Notes: a model not told the origin generated them from the letters alone. A stretch of DNA of 64,000 nucleotides from a virus (IMGVR_UViG_3300028797_000159:1-64000), one strand, 5' to 3'; shown: positions 1-9,947, counted from the stretch's first letter. Made by a program: numbers and translations.

Positions 1-62
1 GTCGTATTTGTATATAAATAATTATTACCATATATGACATATATAGGAGTATATAAACATAT

Positions 63-638
63 ATGACTACACTTACAAATAAAGAAATTGACACAACAGT
101 TTACAACCTTATTCAAGAGTTAATTAATGATGGATTTAAAATTGACTCAACAAAAACACAGTGTCTTTATTTTAATAATAAAGGTGATTATAAAATGACT
201 GTAACTTTGCGTGATAAGTCAAATATTATAGCTGAAGTTATTGAGCAAGTTACAGCTGATAATTATTATACAAATGCATATATTAAATATGACACTGTAA
301 CTATTCACAGTGTATTTAATACATTTTTTCATGCATATGATAATTTTTATTCAGATTCAAAAGATGAAGCTATTAGGCTGAGAAAACAACATAATAAAGA
401 TGTTGGCAATAAATCACTTGATGATATTATTAAAGTACCTAAATATAAATTTACTGATACAAATAATCTTACTAATAAAGTAAACAACGATAATAAAAAT
501 ACTGAAGAGAAAGCTAATTGTAAATCAAAAGAAAATACACCAAAATATGATTCTCTAAACGATTATATTAAGACAGCTACATTTTGTAAGCCTGCTAACT
601 TTAATGACTTTATTAATGCACTATTTGGAGGGAAATAA
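63..638 (+). CDS. hypothetical protein (I/VxDG[FY]xID family)
   Basis: ORF with GGAG RBS; LINDGFKID N-terminus resembles ORFs at 5050, 52716 and 54022. Confidence 0.7.
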   Translation: MTTLTNKEIDTTVYNLIQELINDGFKIDSTKTQCLYFNNKGDYKMTVTLRDKSNIIAEVIEQVTADNYYTNAYIKYDTVTIHSVFNTFFHAYDNFYSDSKDEAIRLRKQHNKDVGNKSLDDIIKVPKYKFTDTNNLTNKVNNDNKNTEEKANCKSKENTPKYDSLNDYIKTATFCKPANFNDFINALFGGK

Positions 639-640
639 TT

Positions 641-1330
641 ATGACAGTAACACTTGCATTTTCTGACCATAAAAATAATACTGCATGGATTGCTGCTGAT
701 TCATGTGCATCAGATTCAATCAATCATTCAATTGTTAAAAATGCAAAAGTATTTCATCCTGTAGGACGCAGAGATATTCTGCTTGGATGTGCTGGAACTT
801 TTAGACTTCCTAATTTGCTGCAATATATTCCTGGTGTATTTCCACTTGAAAGTGAACTTGCAACTGATGATATTAACATGTCGTATTTAATCAATGAGTT
901 CACACCTGTTATGCGTGCACTTACTGAAGACTTCGAAGATGACGATTATTGGGAACTTCTGATTGCAGTTGGTGATAGAATTTACAGAATGCAAATGGAT
1001 CTTTCAATCATTGAGCCTGCTGATGATTGTGACGCGATTGGCGTTGGTGGTCAGGTTGCTTTAGGTGCATTTAAAGTTCTAAATGAACTTGAGCCAGATA
1101 TGCCAATTGAAGATAGAATTAATCATGCACTTAGAATTGCATGTGATTCATGTCAAGGCTGTGCACCCCCATTCCTAATTATGCATACTGATCAAATTCC
1201 TGAAGAAATACTTGCTAATATTAAACCACGTACAGAAAGTCCAGCATATGAAATTATTCGAGAAAGCGATAATGATAATGTAGACCAGGAAGAGGATAGA
1301 CCTAAAAAGCGAAAACGTAAACGTAAATAA
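641..1330 (+). CDS. HslV/proteasome-like Ntn-hydrolase
   Basis: N-terminal M-T, WIAADS motif, IGVGGQVALGA (GSG-like) motif; basic tail RPKKRKRKRK. Confidence 0.65.
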   Translation: MTVTLAFSDHKNNTAWIAADSCASDSINHSIVKNAKVFHPVGRRDILLGCAGTFRLPNLLQYIPGVFPLESELATDDINMSYLINEFTPVMRALTEDFEDDDYWELLIAVGDRIYRMQMDLSIIEPADDCDAIGVGGQVALGAFKVLNELEPDMPIEDRINHALRIACDSCQGCAPPFLIMHTDQIPEEILANIKPRTESPAYEIIRESDNDNVDQEEDRPKKRKRKRK

Positions 1331-1381
1331 AAATTAAGCCATACAGCTATATTTAAAACTGTATGGCTTTCTTATTAATAC

Positions 1382-1476
1382 TGTATCGAAAATCCCTGAT
1401 ACAAAAATTTTGTTTACAAGGCAAATCATCTGCAGTATAATATACTCATAAATTGAATGACAATGGACTCATTCAA
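1382..1476 (+). promoter_or_regulatory. repeat cassette copy 1
   Basis: TGTATC-gaaaatccct-GATACA; -35 TTTACA 1413; -10 TATAAT 1436; hairpin ttgaatga/tcattcaa. Confidence 0.9.
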
Positions 1477-1492
1477 AAGTAAGAGGTTTATT

Positions 1493-2158
1493 ATGACAGA
1501 TAATTTTAATATTATTAAAGTGTTTATTCAATCACAATGGGGTGATTCATTCGATAAGCTTGACGATCTATTTTATACTATTGAAATTATCTACAGAACA
1601 AAAGATGGTGATACTATTGCAGCTATACCACGTAGTGGTGGTAATAGATTACATTGCATTAAAGTTTATTATATCAATAAAATTAGTGACTTTGATAAAT
1701 ATAAATTAGAAATTATAAAACTTTGTGAAGATTTTAATGCACGTGCTTATTTTTCAATAAATGTTAAATCATATGAACATATAACAAAAGCCTGCATGGT
1801 AGAATTTGCAAATAGAATTTCTATAGCTAATTATCATAAACCACAATCTATTTTTGAATCATGCACAGCTAAATATGTTAATAAGTCTAATCAATTATGG
1901 ATTTTAGACGTTGATAAAGAAGACGCAGATCACATGAATATGTCTATTGGTGATCTTGCTGAATTCTATAAAAAGATTGTTGAGGAATGCAGACCTAATA
2001 AACCAGTTGTTACTATTATTCCTACAAAATCTGGTAGACATATTATCTGCCATCCATTTGACACATTGAATTTCTTTGATAGAATTTCTATTAAACAAAA
2101 TAAAGATTCTATTATTAAGAAAAATAACAACACTTTACTTTATGAAAATATAAAGTAA
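1493..2158 (+). CDS. hypothetical phage protein, possibly AEP-like fold
   Basis: Start moved to ATG 1493 after AGAGG; WILDVD and TKSGRH resemble DxD and sxH motifs. Confidence 0.5.
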   Translation: MTDNFNIIKVFIQSQWGDSFDKLDDLFYTIEIIYRTKDGDTIAAIPRSGGNRLHCIKVYYINKISDFDKYKLEIIKLCEDFNARAYFSINVKSYEHITKACMVEFANRISIANYHKPQSIFESCTAKYVNKSNQLWILDVDKEDADHMNMSIGDLAEFYKKIVEECRPNKPVVTIIPTKSGRHIICHPFDTLNFFDRISIKQNKDSIIKKNNNTLLYENIK

Positions 2159-2224
2159 ATATATTCATGTTAAACATTTAGTTATATTATAATCATATAA
2201 TTTCTTAACTTGGAGGTTTTACAA

Positions 2225-2545
2225 ATGATTAATCGTAAATCAACTTTGGAATCACGTATTGCTAATTTAGAAAAAATGCTAAAGAATAACTTTAAATATA
2301 AAGTAAATGAAGAGTTTGACGAAGAAAATGAAGAAATCATAGAGGAAGCCGCAATTTTTGACAAGGCCATTGCTGCTTTAAAGGACGCTAAGGAAAATAT
2401 TGATGAGCTAGCTGAGCGTAACTGGGACCAATACGATACTGAGGATAATAGTTATTATAGCAATATGTCTGCTGAATGTAGTAAAATGATTAAACTTCTT
2501 TCAATGTCAGTACGTAATCTAAGATCAACATTGAAAGAAGTTTAA
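2225..2545 (+). CDS. hypothetical protein with LESRIxxLEK motif
   Basis: GGAGG RBS at 2211; TLESRIANLEKML. Confidence 0.7.
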   Translation: MINRKSTLESRIANLEKMLKNNFKYKVNEEFDEENEEIIEEAAIFDKAIAALKDAKENIDELAERNWDQYDTEDNSYYSNMSAECSKMIKLLSMSVRNLRSTLKEV

Positions 2546-2580
2546 TAAATTTACAATTCATATTCATATTTGTATTAAAT

Positions 2581-2700
2581 TGTGTCGATAGCAATTCGAA
2601 AATCCCTATTGCTATTTGACACAATTTTTTATTTACAAGACAGGTTATTTGTAGTATAATATACCTATAAAATGAATGAGTTAATGGTAGCTCATTCATT
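2581..2700 (+). promoter_or_regulatory. repeat cassette copy 2 (variant half-sites)
   Basis: TGTGTC...GACACA and atagcaat/attgctat inverted repeats; -35 2632; -10 2655; hairpin aatgaatgag/ctcattcatt. Confidence 0.85.
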
Positions 2701-2730
2701 ATAATAACTTCTTTATAGGGAACTTAAATT

Positions 2731-2934
2731 ATGTCAGCTAAAGCTAAGTATAATTATTATAATATTTGTCGTGAAATTCTCGATAACTTTGGTGCAACTA
2801 ATTGGATTGGTAAGAAAGATATTGATGACTATTTAGACATTTATTATAATGAAATGAGTGACGAAGATCGTGAATGGGTCTTTTATAAAATGGAAAAATT
2901 TGCTGACATAGATTATTACCGTTCAGTATTTTAA
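2731..2934 (+). CDS. hypothetical protein
   Basis: ORF directly downstream of cassette 2. Confidence 0.6.
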   Translation: MSAKAKYNYYNICREILDNFGATNWIGKKDIDDYLDIYYNEMSDEDREWVFYKMEKFADIDYYRSVF

Positions 2935-2989
2935 CAATAATACATTAATTGTATTAATATGTTCAACATATTGAATAAGGGTTTATAAA

Positions 2990-3235
2990 ATGAAGCAGGC
3001 TAAAAAGTATTACGAATGGTCAATCGTCTATATGACAAAGAGCGGTAAAACTGAGATTATTCTATGATCTGATAGAAAAGAAGCGAGTGCAGTTCAAAGG
3101 GTCTTTACATTATTAGAAGATAAATCGTTTGCAATTCATGTTCTTGACATTTTCGTATATGCTATGCCTAGTGGAAAGCCTTTCATAAAGATTAATACTA
3201 TTTCAAAAACAGTTGTTAGAAGCAAACTATGTTGA
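2990..3235 (+). pseudogene. small ORF interrupted by in-frame TGA at 3065
   Basis: Frame open on both sides of a single TGA (82 codons in total). Confidence 0.5.
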
Positions 3236-3274
3236 GTATATATAATGAATAAATATTCTTATTATTCATTATAA

Positions 3275-3415
3275 TTTACATGTCGTATATTTATCAGTTT
3301 GTATTGATAATAAATCTAAAATCCCTGATACAAAATGATGAATTTTTTCTGTTTACAAGACCTCAAACCAGTGCTATAATATGTTCATAAATTGAATGAG
3401 AATGGTTCCTGTTCA
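3275..3415 (+). promoter_or_regulatory. repeat cassette copy 3
   Basis: tttacatgtcgta box; aaaatccctgataca; -35 3352; -10 3375. Confidence 0.9.
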
Positions 3416-3435
3416 CATTAAAAGAGGTTGATTAA

Positions 3436-3669
3436 ATGAGCATGAATAAAGCGATAGAGTCAGGAAAGGAACACCGTAAACAGTACAAAGGTTGTCAGGC
3501 ATTTGACCCTAGTTGCAGGTGTCATGGTGGGTGTCCTTGGTGTAGAGATAATCGTATGCATCGAACTGAGAAAAGAATGCCTGTTGACGATAATGGAGAC
3601 ATCGTAGGAAAACGTCCTCAGTATTATGACGAAGACTCTGGAGAAATAGCAAATTCTGCTAATTTTTAG
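3436..3669 (+). CDS. hypothetical Cys/His-rich protein
   Basis: CRCHGGCPWC motif; AGAGG RBS. Confidence 0.65.
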   Translation: MSMNKAIESGKEHRKQYKGCQAFDPSCRCHGGCPWCRDNRMHRTEKRMPVDDNGDIVGKRPQYYDEDSGEIANSANF

Positions 3670-3732
3670 TTGACGAAGTAAAGGAATCGTGATACTATAT
3701 TACCATAATGAATGGAAATGGATTCTATTCAT
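3670..3732 (+). promoter_or_regulatory. minimal cassette: promoter plus leader hairpin only
   Basis: TTGACG 3670, 17 nt, TACTAT 3693; hairpin atgaatggaa-atgga-ttctattcat. Confidence 0.7.
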
Positions 3733-3749
3733 ACTGAAAGAGGTTGATT

Positions 3750-4016
3750 ATGGAAAGCATCGATTTCAGCAAAGTTCCTGTTGAGCCCACGATAGACATC
3801 ATAGACGATAAAGGCAACGTGGTTGTTACAACTAACAGTGATATTGTCTTCCTCTATGCTAGAGTTCAGATCAAACATCTTAAATTAAAAGGGTGGAAAG
3901 TTCGTTGTCATAACGACGGATACATTGCTGAGATTTACAGTAATGGCAAAGTAAGCGACTGTAGTCACGGCATACCTGGTGACGAAGCGGAGAAACTTCT
4001 TATAGAACTCATTTGA
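3750..4016 (+). CDS. hypothetical protein
   Basis: ORF with AGAGG RBS. Confidence 0.6.
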   Translation: MESIDFSKVPVEPTIDIIDDKGNVVVTTNSDIVFLYARVQIKHLKLKGWKVRCHNDGYIAEIYSNGKVSDCSHGIPGDEAEKLLIELI

Positions 4017-4236
4017 GGTTAAAGTAGTGCGAGGTCATATATGAATGAAGACACCAAAGAAATTGCAGCTACATTATGTGATATAATCAGATATCTCGAA
4101 TATCGAGACAGAAGTGCCCGGGCTGAAGACTTGCTATTAAAACTTAAAAGAGTACATCTTCCAAATCTTGTAAAGATTGTAAATAAGGGCCAAAATCAAA
4201 CATCTTAAATTAAAATAATTATATAAGGATTAAATT

Positions 4237-4455
4237 ATGGATAATTTTAAAGAATTTTATATAATTAAGAAAAATGTAAATGGTGAATATCTTCTTTCAC
4301 CAAAAAATGAAATTATTGAAAAGTGTAAAGATGAACATTTATGTTGGAATAAATTCCATAATTTAATTACAAATAAAACATCAAAGTCTGATATTTATGT
4401 AGTATGTAGTAAATATAGCAACGATAAATATATTCATATTTTGTGTGAACGCTAA
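4237..4455 (+). CDS. hypothetical protein, paralog of 53519
   Basis: FYIIKKNVNGEYLLS vs YYLVKQNKDDVYLLS. Confidence 0.6.
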   Translation: MDNFKEFYIIKKNVNGEYLLSPKNEIIEKCKDEHLCWNKFHNLITNKTSKSDIYVVCSKYSNDKYIHILCER

Positions 4456-4507
4456 TATAATAAACTTATTTATATAAATACACTGCAATAACTTGGAGAA
4501 TATAATT

Positions 4508-4819
4508 ATGGCAAATGCATTTAAAACGTTATTCCAAAGTCCTGACTCAAAACATTGTAGTGAAATATTTTCATTTAATAAAAAGAAGTTTAAAATTGAT
4601 GTAGTTCATGAAAATGGTATGCCATGTGGTTTTAACTATAAATGTTGTCTTTCAGTTATGAGAGATGACGGAAGCTTTGAGCATGTTGTTGATAATAAAA
4701 TGATTGGCTTTAAATATAAAAATTATTATTTTTTAGATGATAACGATAAAAGTATTATTGACATTAATAATAATGCAACTAAAGCCTTTAAAGATTTTGT
4801 TAAAAAAGTATATACTTAA
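4508..4819 (+). CDS. hypothetical protein
   Basis: ORF with GGAG RBS. Confidence 0.6.
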   Translation: MANAFKTLFQSPDSKHCSEIFSFNKKKFKIDVVHENGMPCGFNYKCCLSVMRDDGSFEHVVDNKMIGFKYKNYYFLDDNDKSIIDINNNATKAFKDFVKKVYT

Positions 4820-4850
4820 TATATTATAATTTATATATTATATAAAATAT

Positions 4851-5027
4851 AAGTGCATTAAATTGTTTAAGGGTATTTACATGTCGTATGTATCAGGGAT
4901 TTTCACCACTGCATCGACAATGTATCGAAAATCCCTATTACAGTTTGATGCACTTTTTTTGTTTACAACTAAGGCTTTTTGCAGTACAATATACTCATAA
5001 ATTGAATGGCAATGGGTGCTGTTCAAT
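4851..5027 (+). promoter_or_regulatory. repeat cassette copy 4 (long outer stem)
   Basis: aagtgcattaaattgt/acagtttgatgcactt stem; inner tgtatcagggattttc/gaaaatccct; -35 4962; -10 TACAAT 4985. Confidence 0.9.
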
Positions 5028-5049
5028 AGACCTAAAAGGAGATTTGATT

Positions 5050-5343
5050 ATGCAGAAAGCTTATTCCTTCAAAGACATTGTTGTTGAACATGCTAACCTG
5101 TTCGTCGTCGACTGCATTCAGAATGGTTTTACCATTGATAATAGAGTTTGTTCAAATAAACCCAATGTTTACAAAATTGGCCTGACCAAAGATATTGGTG
5201 ACATCACTGTTACGATTATCAATCGTGGTCATGAAATTCAGGTCAAACGTCACTATGACATAAAAAGTGCAGGTCATAAAACTCAAAAATCATTCATCTA
5301 TAAGAAGAATGATAATGGCACTTACACTCTTAAATGCATTTAG
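5050..5343 (+). CDS. hypothetical protein
   Basis: True start ATG 5050 after AAGGAG; the track's N-terminus is cassette sequence. Confidence 0.65.
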   Translation: MQKAYSFKDIVVEHANLFVVDCIQNGFTIDNRVCSNKPNVYKIGLTKDIGDITVTIINRGHEIQVKRHYDIKSAGHKTQKSFIYKKNDNGTYTLKCI

Positions 5344-5362
5344 TCTAGCACAATAGAGTCCA

Positions 5363-5403
5363 TATATTACACTCATAAATTGGATGGAAAGGTTCCATCC
5401 AAT
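5363..5403 (+). promoter_or_regulatory. minimal cassette: -10-like element plus leader hairpin
   Basis: TATTAT-acactcataa-attggatggaa-agg-ttccatccaat; -35 weak. Confidence 0.55.
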
Positions 5404-5423
5404 AAAGCATAGGAGACTTCGAT

Positions 5424-5705
5424 ATGACAGCAACTTTAGATGAACACTTGAAACATGATGTTGAGGATTGGTGCTATAATTACTTCACGCTTGATTACTT
5501 TTATGATATTGATGAACTGATTGATGGCTTATATAACGTTGTTTATTTTAAACGTAATTCTCCTATCTTACGTGCTTGTTATGATACTATGGTTTGTGTT
5601 TATAATTGGGACTCTTCTGTAATTGAAAAGAGTTATGAAGCAATCGCAAATATTGTGTATGATAATGCTGTGTGGAAATTAGGTAGTTATGGAATCAAAG
5701 TATAG
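5424..5705 (+). CDS. hypothetical protein, paralog family with 8541 and 50514
   Basis: DVEDWCYNYFTLDYF vs DVDAWFFNYFTLENF. Confidence 0.65.
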   Translation: MTATLDEHLKHDVEDWCYNYFTLDYFYDIDELIDGLYNVVYFKRNSPILRACYDTMVCVYNWDSSVIEKSYEAIANIVYDNAVWKLGSYGIKV

Positions 5706-5717
5706 GGAGAGCTTAAT

Positions 5718-6065
5718 ATGAACGCAGTTGTTTACAATGCATGTTACGGTGGGTTTTCTCTTTCGCTCAAAGCGGTTGATTGGCTCGAGCAAAATGCTAA
5801 AGATGAGTCACTTGTAAATTACATTAAAGACACTAAACAAACTACTAATAAACTGTTTTGGGGTGATTTAGTTGGTGACCACTTACCGCGGCACCATAAA
5901 GATTTAGTAGCCGTTGTAGAGGCACTTGGTGATGACGCTGACGGCGACTGTTCAGAATTGTGTATTGCTCACATCTCAGGAAATCAATATCGTATTGAGG
6001 AATACGATGGCGCTGAAGAGGTTGTTACTCCGACTGATTCTGATTGGATCTTCATTGAAGATTAA
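5718..6065 (+). CDS. conserved phage protein (NxCYGGFxLS type)
   Basis: VVYNACYGGFSLS...IEEYDGAEEV. Confidence 0.65.
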   Translation: MNAVVYNACYGGFSLSLKAVDWLEQNAKDESLVNYIKDTKQTTNKLFWGDLVGDHLPRHHKDLVAVVEALGDDADGDCSELCIAHISGNQYRIEEYDGAEEVVTPTDSDWIFIED

Positions 6066-6101
6066 TAGTAATTAAATATAATATTATAAGGAATTAAAAT
6101 A

Positions 6102-6770
6102 ATGACAGATAAAAGTACTTCAAATGAAAATGATATTGTTGTTAATACTCAATGTCTAGAACAAGGAATTGAATACCATAATGAAAAACGTGCGATTTCT
6201 AAAGTAATGAATTCAATTGCAAAGCAATGTGCACGTGAAACACATATTAATAAAAAAGCTATAATGAAGGTAAAAGATTACCTTCATTATAGAGGTCGTG
6301 GATGGGGCGAAGATTGTCTTTCAAAATCTGATGAACAAGAAAAATATCCTGATCGTGTTTCACCAACATTTAGGAATCTTGTTGAAATTATTACTAATGC
6401 ATATATTACAGGTAAAGAAGATTTACTTGATGTTTATTTAAATGCTGTTAAAGATAAAGGTATTACAATCACTGTTGATAAGTCAATGTTTACATTGCCA
6501 AATATTGAACAAAAAGAAAAGGTCTCATCTGCAATAAATCAGTTAGATCCACTACAGTGCGATATTTGTGAGAAAAATGATTATATGAATGATGTCTTAG
6601 CAGAAGAAGCTGAAAACACAAATCTTTCACCAAAAAATAAATATAAACAAATTGTACAACTAGCTGCTGCAAGACAAGCTGGTAAAGATATTGATGATAA
6701 AGTCCAAGATGAATATTTGAAAATGGAATTATTTACAAAAGGTCTTGAAGCTGTAAATGATATTCAATAA
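6102..6770 (+). CDS. hypothetical protein
   Basis: 222-aa ORF with AAGGA RBS. Confidence 0.7.
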   Translation: MTDKSTSNENDIVVNTQCLEQGIEYHNEKRAISKVMNSIAKQCARETHINKKAIMKVKDYLHYRGRGWGEDCLSKSDEQEKYPDRVSPTFRNLVEIITNAYITGKEDLLDVYLNAVKDKGITITVDKSMFTLPNIEQKEKVSSAINQLDPLQCDICEKNDYMNDVLAEEAENTNLSPKNKYKQIVQLAAARQAGKDIDDKVQDEYLKMELFTKGLEAVNDIQ

Positions 6771-6892
6771 TATTGAATAATAAAAAATACAAGACATAAT
6801 TATTGATCTAATTATAAATTTACATGTCGTATTTATTATTTATAATAAATAATTTATTTTAATTTATTTAGTTTAATATAAGTATAAAATTT

Positions 6893-7034
6893 AAGTGCAT
6901 CATATTTGTATTCAGATTATGTCGATAATGAATCGAAAATCCCTAATACAATTTGATGCACTTTTTTTGTTTACAAGACAGACAATTCGCAGTACAATAT
7001 ACTCATAAATTGAATGGGAATGGATCCATTCAAT
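6893..7034 (+). promoter_or_regulatory. repeat cassette copy 5
   Basis: aagtgcatca/tgatgcactt stem plus T-run; -35 6970; -10 TACAAT 6993; hairpin ttgaatgg/ccattcaa. Confidence 0.9.
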
Positions 7035-7055
7035 ATCCATAAAGGAGAATCAAAC

Positions 7056-7274
7056 ATGAAAAAGTATCATGTAACTGGCAATCAGAGAGTTAATGGCAAC
7101 TTTGAACTTTACGTTGAGTTTGATGATTCTCGTGGTTGGACTTTGTGGAAAGTCTTTAATGACCTAGAAGATTGTTATTCTGAACGATTTGTAATACCAA
7201 ATTTACATGACAGTAAAATCATTGAAGTAGCAAGCGATGGTTCTAAGGAAGAAGTTTTCTTTTACATGGATTAA
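7056..7274 (+). CDS. hypothetical protein
   Basis: Start at ATG 7056 after AAGGAG. Confidence 0.6.
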   Translation: MKKYHVTGNQRVNGNFELYVEFDDSRGWTLWKVFNDLEDCYSERFVIPNLHDSKIIEVASDGSKEEVFFYMD

Positions 7275-7288
7275 TAAGGAGAGCCAAC

Positions 7289-7477
7289 ATGACAGTAAAA
7301 GAACTTATTGACAGACTTCAGCAAGTAGAAGATAAATCAAAAGAAGCACTCCTATACACTGCATGGGTAGATCCTGAAGGTGACTATATTGGAACTGATT
7401 ATTGTGAAATTGAGTCTGGTGACCTTGAAGAGTCTGCAGATTCTTTTGTGATAAAAGGTTGTATTGTTTCATTTTAA
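7289..7477 (+). CDS. hypothetical protein (MTVxEL type)
   Basis: Similar N-terminus to 7956. Confidence 0.6.
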   Translation: MTVKELIDRLQQVEDKSKEALLYTAWVDPEGDYIGTDYCEIESGDLEESADSFVIKGCIVSF

Positions 7478-7505
7478 AATGTTATTCATACTTGAGGAGA
7501 ATAAT

Positions 7506-7889
7506 ATGGGACTTGACATAAACTTCTATAAAGAAAGCAAACTTGATCCTCGCTATCGTGAAAACATCGGTTATTTTAGAAAAGTCAATTTCATTCTTAC
7601 TTACTTTAATGTAAGCGAAGACTTGAATTGTGAACATGTACATATCACTGAAATGCAGTTTAAACAGTTCATATCCGATCTTGATAATGAGCTCTATAGG
7701 AAATTTCATTATGGTTATAATGTGCCTGTGAACGAAAAGCTTAAAACAAAAGCAGTATTTTTTGGTGGTTCACTTGACTATGATGAATATTATTGGAATG
7801 ATGTACAGTATGTTTGCGACTGGGCTCATAAAGTTATTAAAGACATTGACTGGGATAAGGATGAATTCTATGTAGTAGCATGGTGGTAA
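7506..7889 (+). CDS. conserved phage protein (MGLD type)
   Basis: MGLDINFY...YFRKVN...YVVAWW; related to 17375. Confidence 0.65.
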   Translation: MGLDINFYKESKLDPRYRENIGYFRKVNFILTYFNVSEDLNCEHVHITEMQFKQFISDLDNELYRKFHYGYNVPVNEKLKTKAVFFGGSLDYDEYYWNDVQYVCDWAHKVIKDIDWDKDEFYVVAWW

Positions 7890-7955
7890 ATAATATTATC
7901 ACATTTGCATGTCGTATAATATATAACTATTATATAATTATATACGAGGTTAATT

Positions 7956-8138
7956 ATGACAGTTGCTGAGCTCATGGAAATTTTAAAGAAAACAGATCCT
8001 AATAAAGAAGTTATTTTGCATGCACCTGATATTGACAGTGTACTTGCTAATTCAGATGCGTCAGATTATGCTGAATATACTATTAATAAAAAGAATGTAG
8101 AAATTGATCCATTTGGTGATGTCATAATTGAATTATAA
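7956..8138 (+). CDS. hypothetical protein (MTVxEL type)
   Basis: GAGG RBS. Confidence 0.6.
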   Translation: MTVAELMEILKKTDPNKEVILHAPDIDSVLANSDASDYAEYTINKKNVEIDPFGDVIIEL

Positions 8139-8152
8139 TAAGGTATACTACA

Positions 8153-8539
8153 ATGAAAGCAATTCTTATTAAGACTGATTTTGAAGATATTCCATCATTT
8201 ATTGAATTTAATTCTGATAATGAATTAAATACTTATCATAAATATATTGGGTGCACTTTTACTGATACAACCACATTATGGTATGATGGCGAAAGATATT
8301 CAATTGATTGTGTTGTTGATGATGAAGGAATGCTTAATAATAGTAAAATGAATGAAAGATTTTGGTGGGCTCATAGAAAAGGATATATAAATTATAATCT
8401 ATTCGGAAATGTTATTATTGTAATGACTGATCGTTTTACAGGTGAGACTGTTGATTTAGATACTAATTTTGTAATAAAAATACTTTGCGATAATTGTATT
8501 CTTAATAATGAAGATATTGCTTTAATGAGGATTAAATAA
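8153..8539 (+). CDS. DUF3846-like protein
   Basis: MKAILI...VVDDEGML...FGNVIIV. Confidence 0.5.
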   Translation: MKAILIKTDFEDIPSFIEFNSDNELNTYHKYIGCTFTDTTTLWYDGERYSIDCVVDDEGMLNNSKMNERFWWAHRKGYINYNLFGNVIIVMTDRFTGETVDLDTNFVIKILCDNCILNNEDIALMRIK

Positions 8540-8540
8540 T

Positions 8541-8822
8541 ATGTGTAAATATTTTAGTGATTCATTACAAGGACTTCTTGATGATGTAGATGCATGGTTT
8601 TTTAATTATTTTACATTAGAAAACTTTGATACTGCAAATGATATTGAATGTAAAATTATTAATCTAATTAATGGCCAAGATATTGATTTATTTAATGAAT
8701 GTAAACGTGTACTAATAAATTATTATGAATGGCCATTAGAATATGTTGAACAAAACTATGAAGATATATTAAATCAACTCAAGCAAACTGGGACTAATTT
8801 TCTAACCCATCTTTATCATTAA
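8541..8822 (+). CDS. hypothetical protein, paralog of 5424
   Basis: Shared W..NYFTL motif. Confidence 0.6.
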   Translation: MCKYFSDSLQGLLDDVDAWFFNYFTLENFDTANDIECKIINLINGQDIDLFNECKRVLINYYEWPLEYVEQNYEDILNQLKQTGTNFLTHLYH

Positions 8823-8871
8823 TTTATAAATATCAAATATAATATTTATAATTATTAATTGGAGTAAATGT

Positions 8872-9927
8872 ATGAGCGAAATTAAATTTGATGCAAATAA
8901 TGATAAATTAAAATTATTCTTTTATACAATGTATGAGCGCCAGCAAATTTGGTATAAAAGATTTATTTTACAGCTTCCACAAGAAAAGTGGACTAATAAT
9001 GAGTATTATTCTAAATACCGTTTTACAAATGTTTATCGCGAACTAGATCGTGCATCACAATATTTGCTAAAATACATTATTCTAAATAAAGATAGTTGGC
9101 ATAAATACGATAATAAAGATGACAATTATATAAATTTAATCTGGAAGATTTTATTTTTTAGAATGATAAATAATCCAAGAGTATTAACAAGTGTAGATGC
9201 TATTGCTGATTTTGATAAATATAATCCAGATGAGTTTTATTCATATTTAAAAGAAAATGTAATTGATAGGGACATTCCATTTGCTCATGGTGCTTTTTGT
9301 CAATGGTCAAAGCACGAAATTGATGAGAATGGTAATAAACTTAAGTTTGATAATATGCCTGAATTCTTTGCAAAATATTTACTTGCAAGATTACATTTAC
9401 ATATTAAAGACATATATCAGTGGATGAAAGATTCATTTTCTAATGAAACCACAGCTGATAATTTTATTGATTATATGTATCATACAATCGATGGTTGCGG
9501 TCGTTTTATCGCACATGAATTCTTTCAAGACTTATGTTATATAAAACCATATATTGGTTTAAATTTAATGCGATATACCGTTAACGATGCTACAAATGCA
9601 GGTCCAGGATCAAGCGCTGGTGCAAAGATTATTTTTAATAATGTAAAAACTAAAAAAGATGTGATTAATGCAATTAAATATTTACGTGATATTTCTGAAG
9701 AATGTTTAAAAGAAATTCAGAAAGAACAATTTGCTGATACTGATGGTTTTTATTTTATTGAATGGGATAAAGACAATAACACATATAAGCATACTGGATT
9801 TAACCTTACATTAAATCAAATTGAGATGTGGTTATGTGAGTTTAACAAATACATGAATTATGTGAATTCTACAGGCCGTACAAGATTATATAATAATATT
9901 AAAACGACAGATGATTTAGTTTATTAA
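8872..9927 (+). CDS. aGPT-Pplase / 5-hmdU DNA kinase helical-domain family protein
   Basis: YERQQIW, YRFTNVYRELDR, ILFFRMIN, GPGSSAG, IEMWLCEFNKY motifs. Confidence 0.75.
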   Translation: MSEIKFDANNDKLKLFFYTMYERQQIWYKRFILQLPQEKWTNNEYYSKYRFTNVYRELDRASQYLLKYIILNKDSWHKYDNKDDNYINLIWKILFFRMINNPRVLTSVDAIADFDKYNPDEFYSYLKENVIDRDIPFAHGAFCQWSKHEIDENGNKLKFDNMPEFFAKYLLARLHLHIKDIYQWMKDSFSNETTADNFIDYMYHTIDGCGRFIAHEFFQDLCYIKPYIGLNLMRYTVNDATNAGPGSSAGAKIIFNNVKTKKDVINAIKYLRDISEECLKEIQKEQFADTDGFYFIEWDKDNNTYKHTGFNLTLNQIEMWLCEFNKYMNYVNSTGRTRLYNNIKTTDDLVY

Positions 9928-9947
9928 ATATAATAAAAATAAAATTT

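Noticed and set aside
13-20. TATAAATA as T4-type late promoters (also 11951, 12889, 31697)
   Set aside because: Expected by chance at this AT content; cannot be supported without genome-wide statistics.
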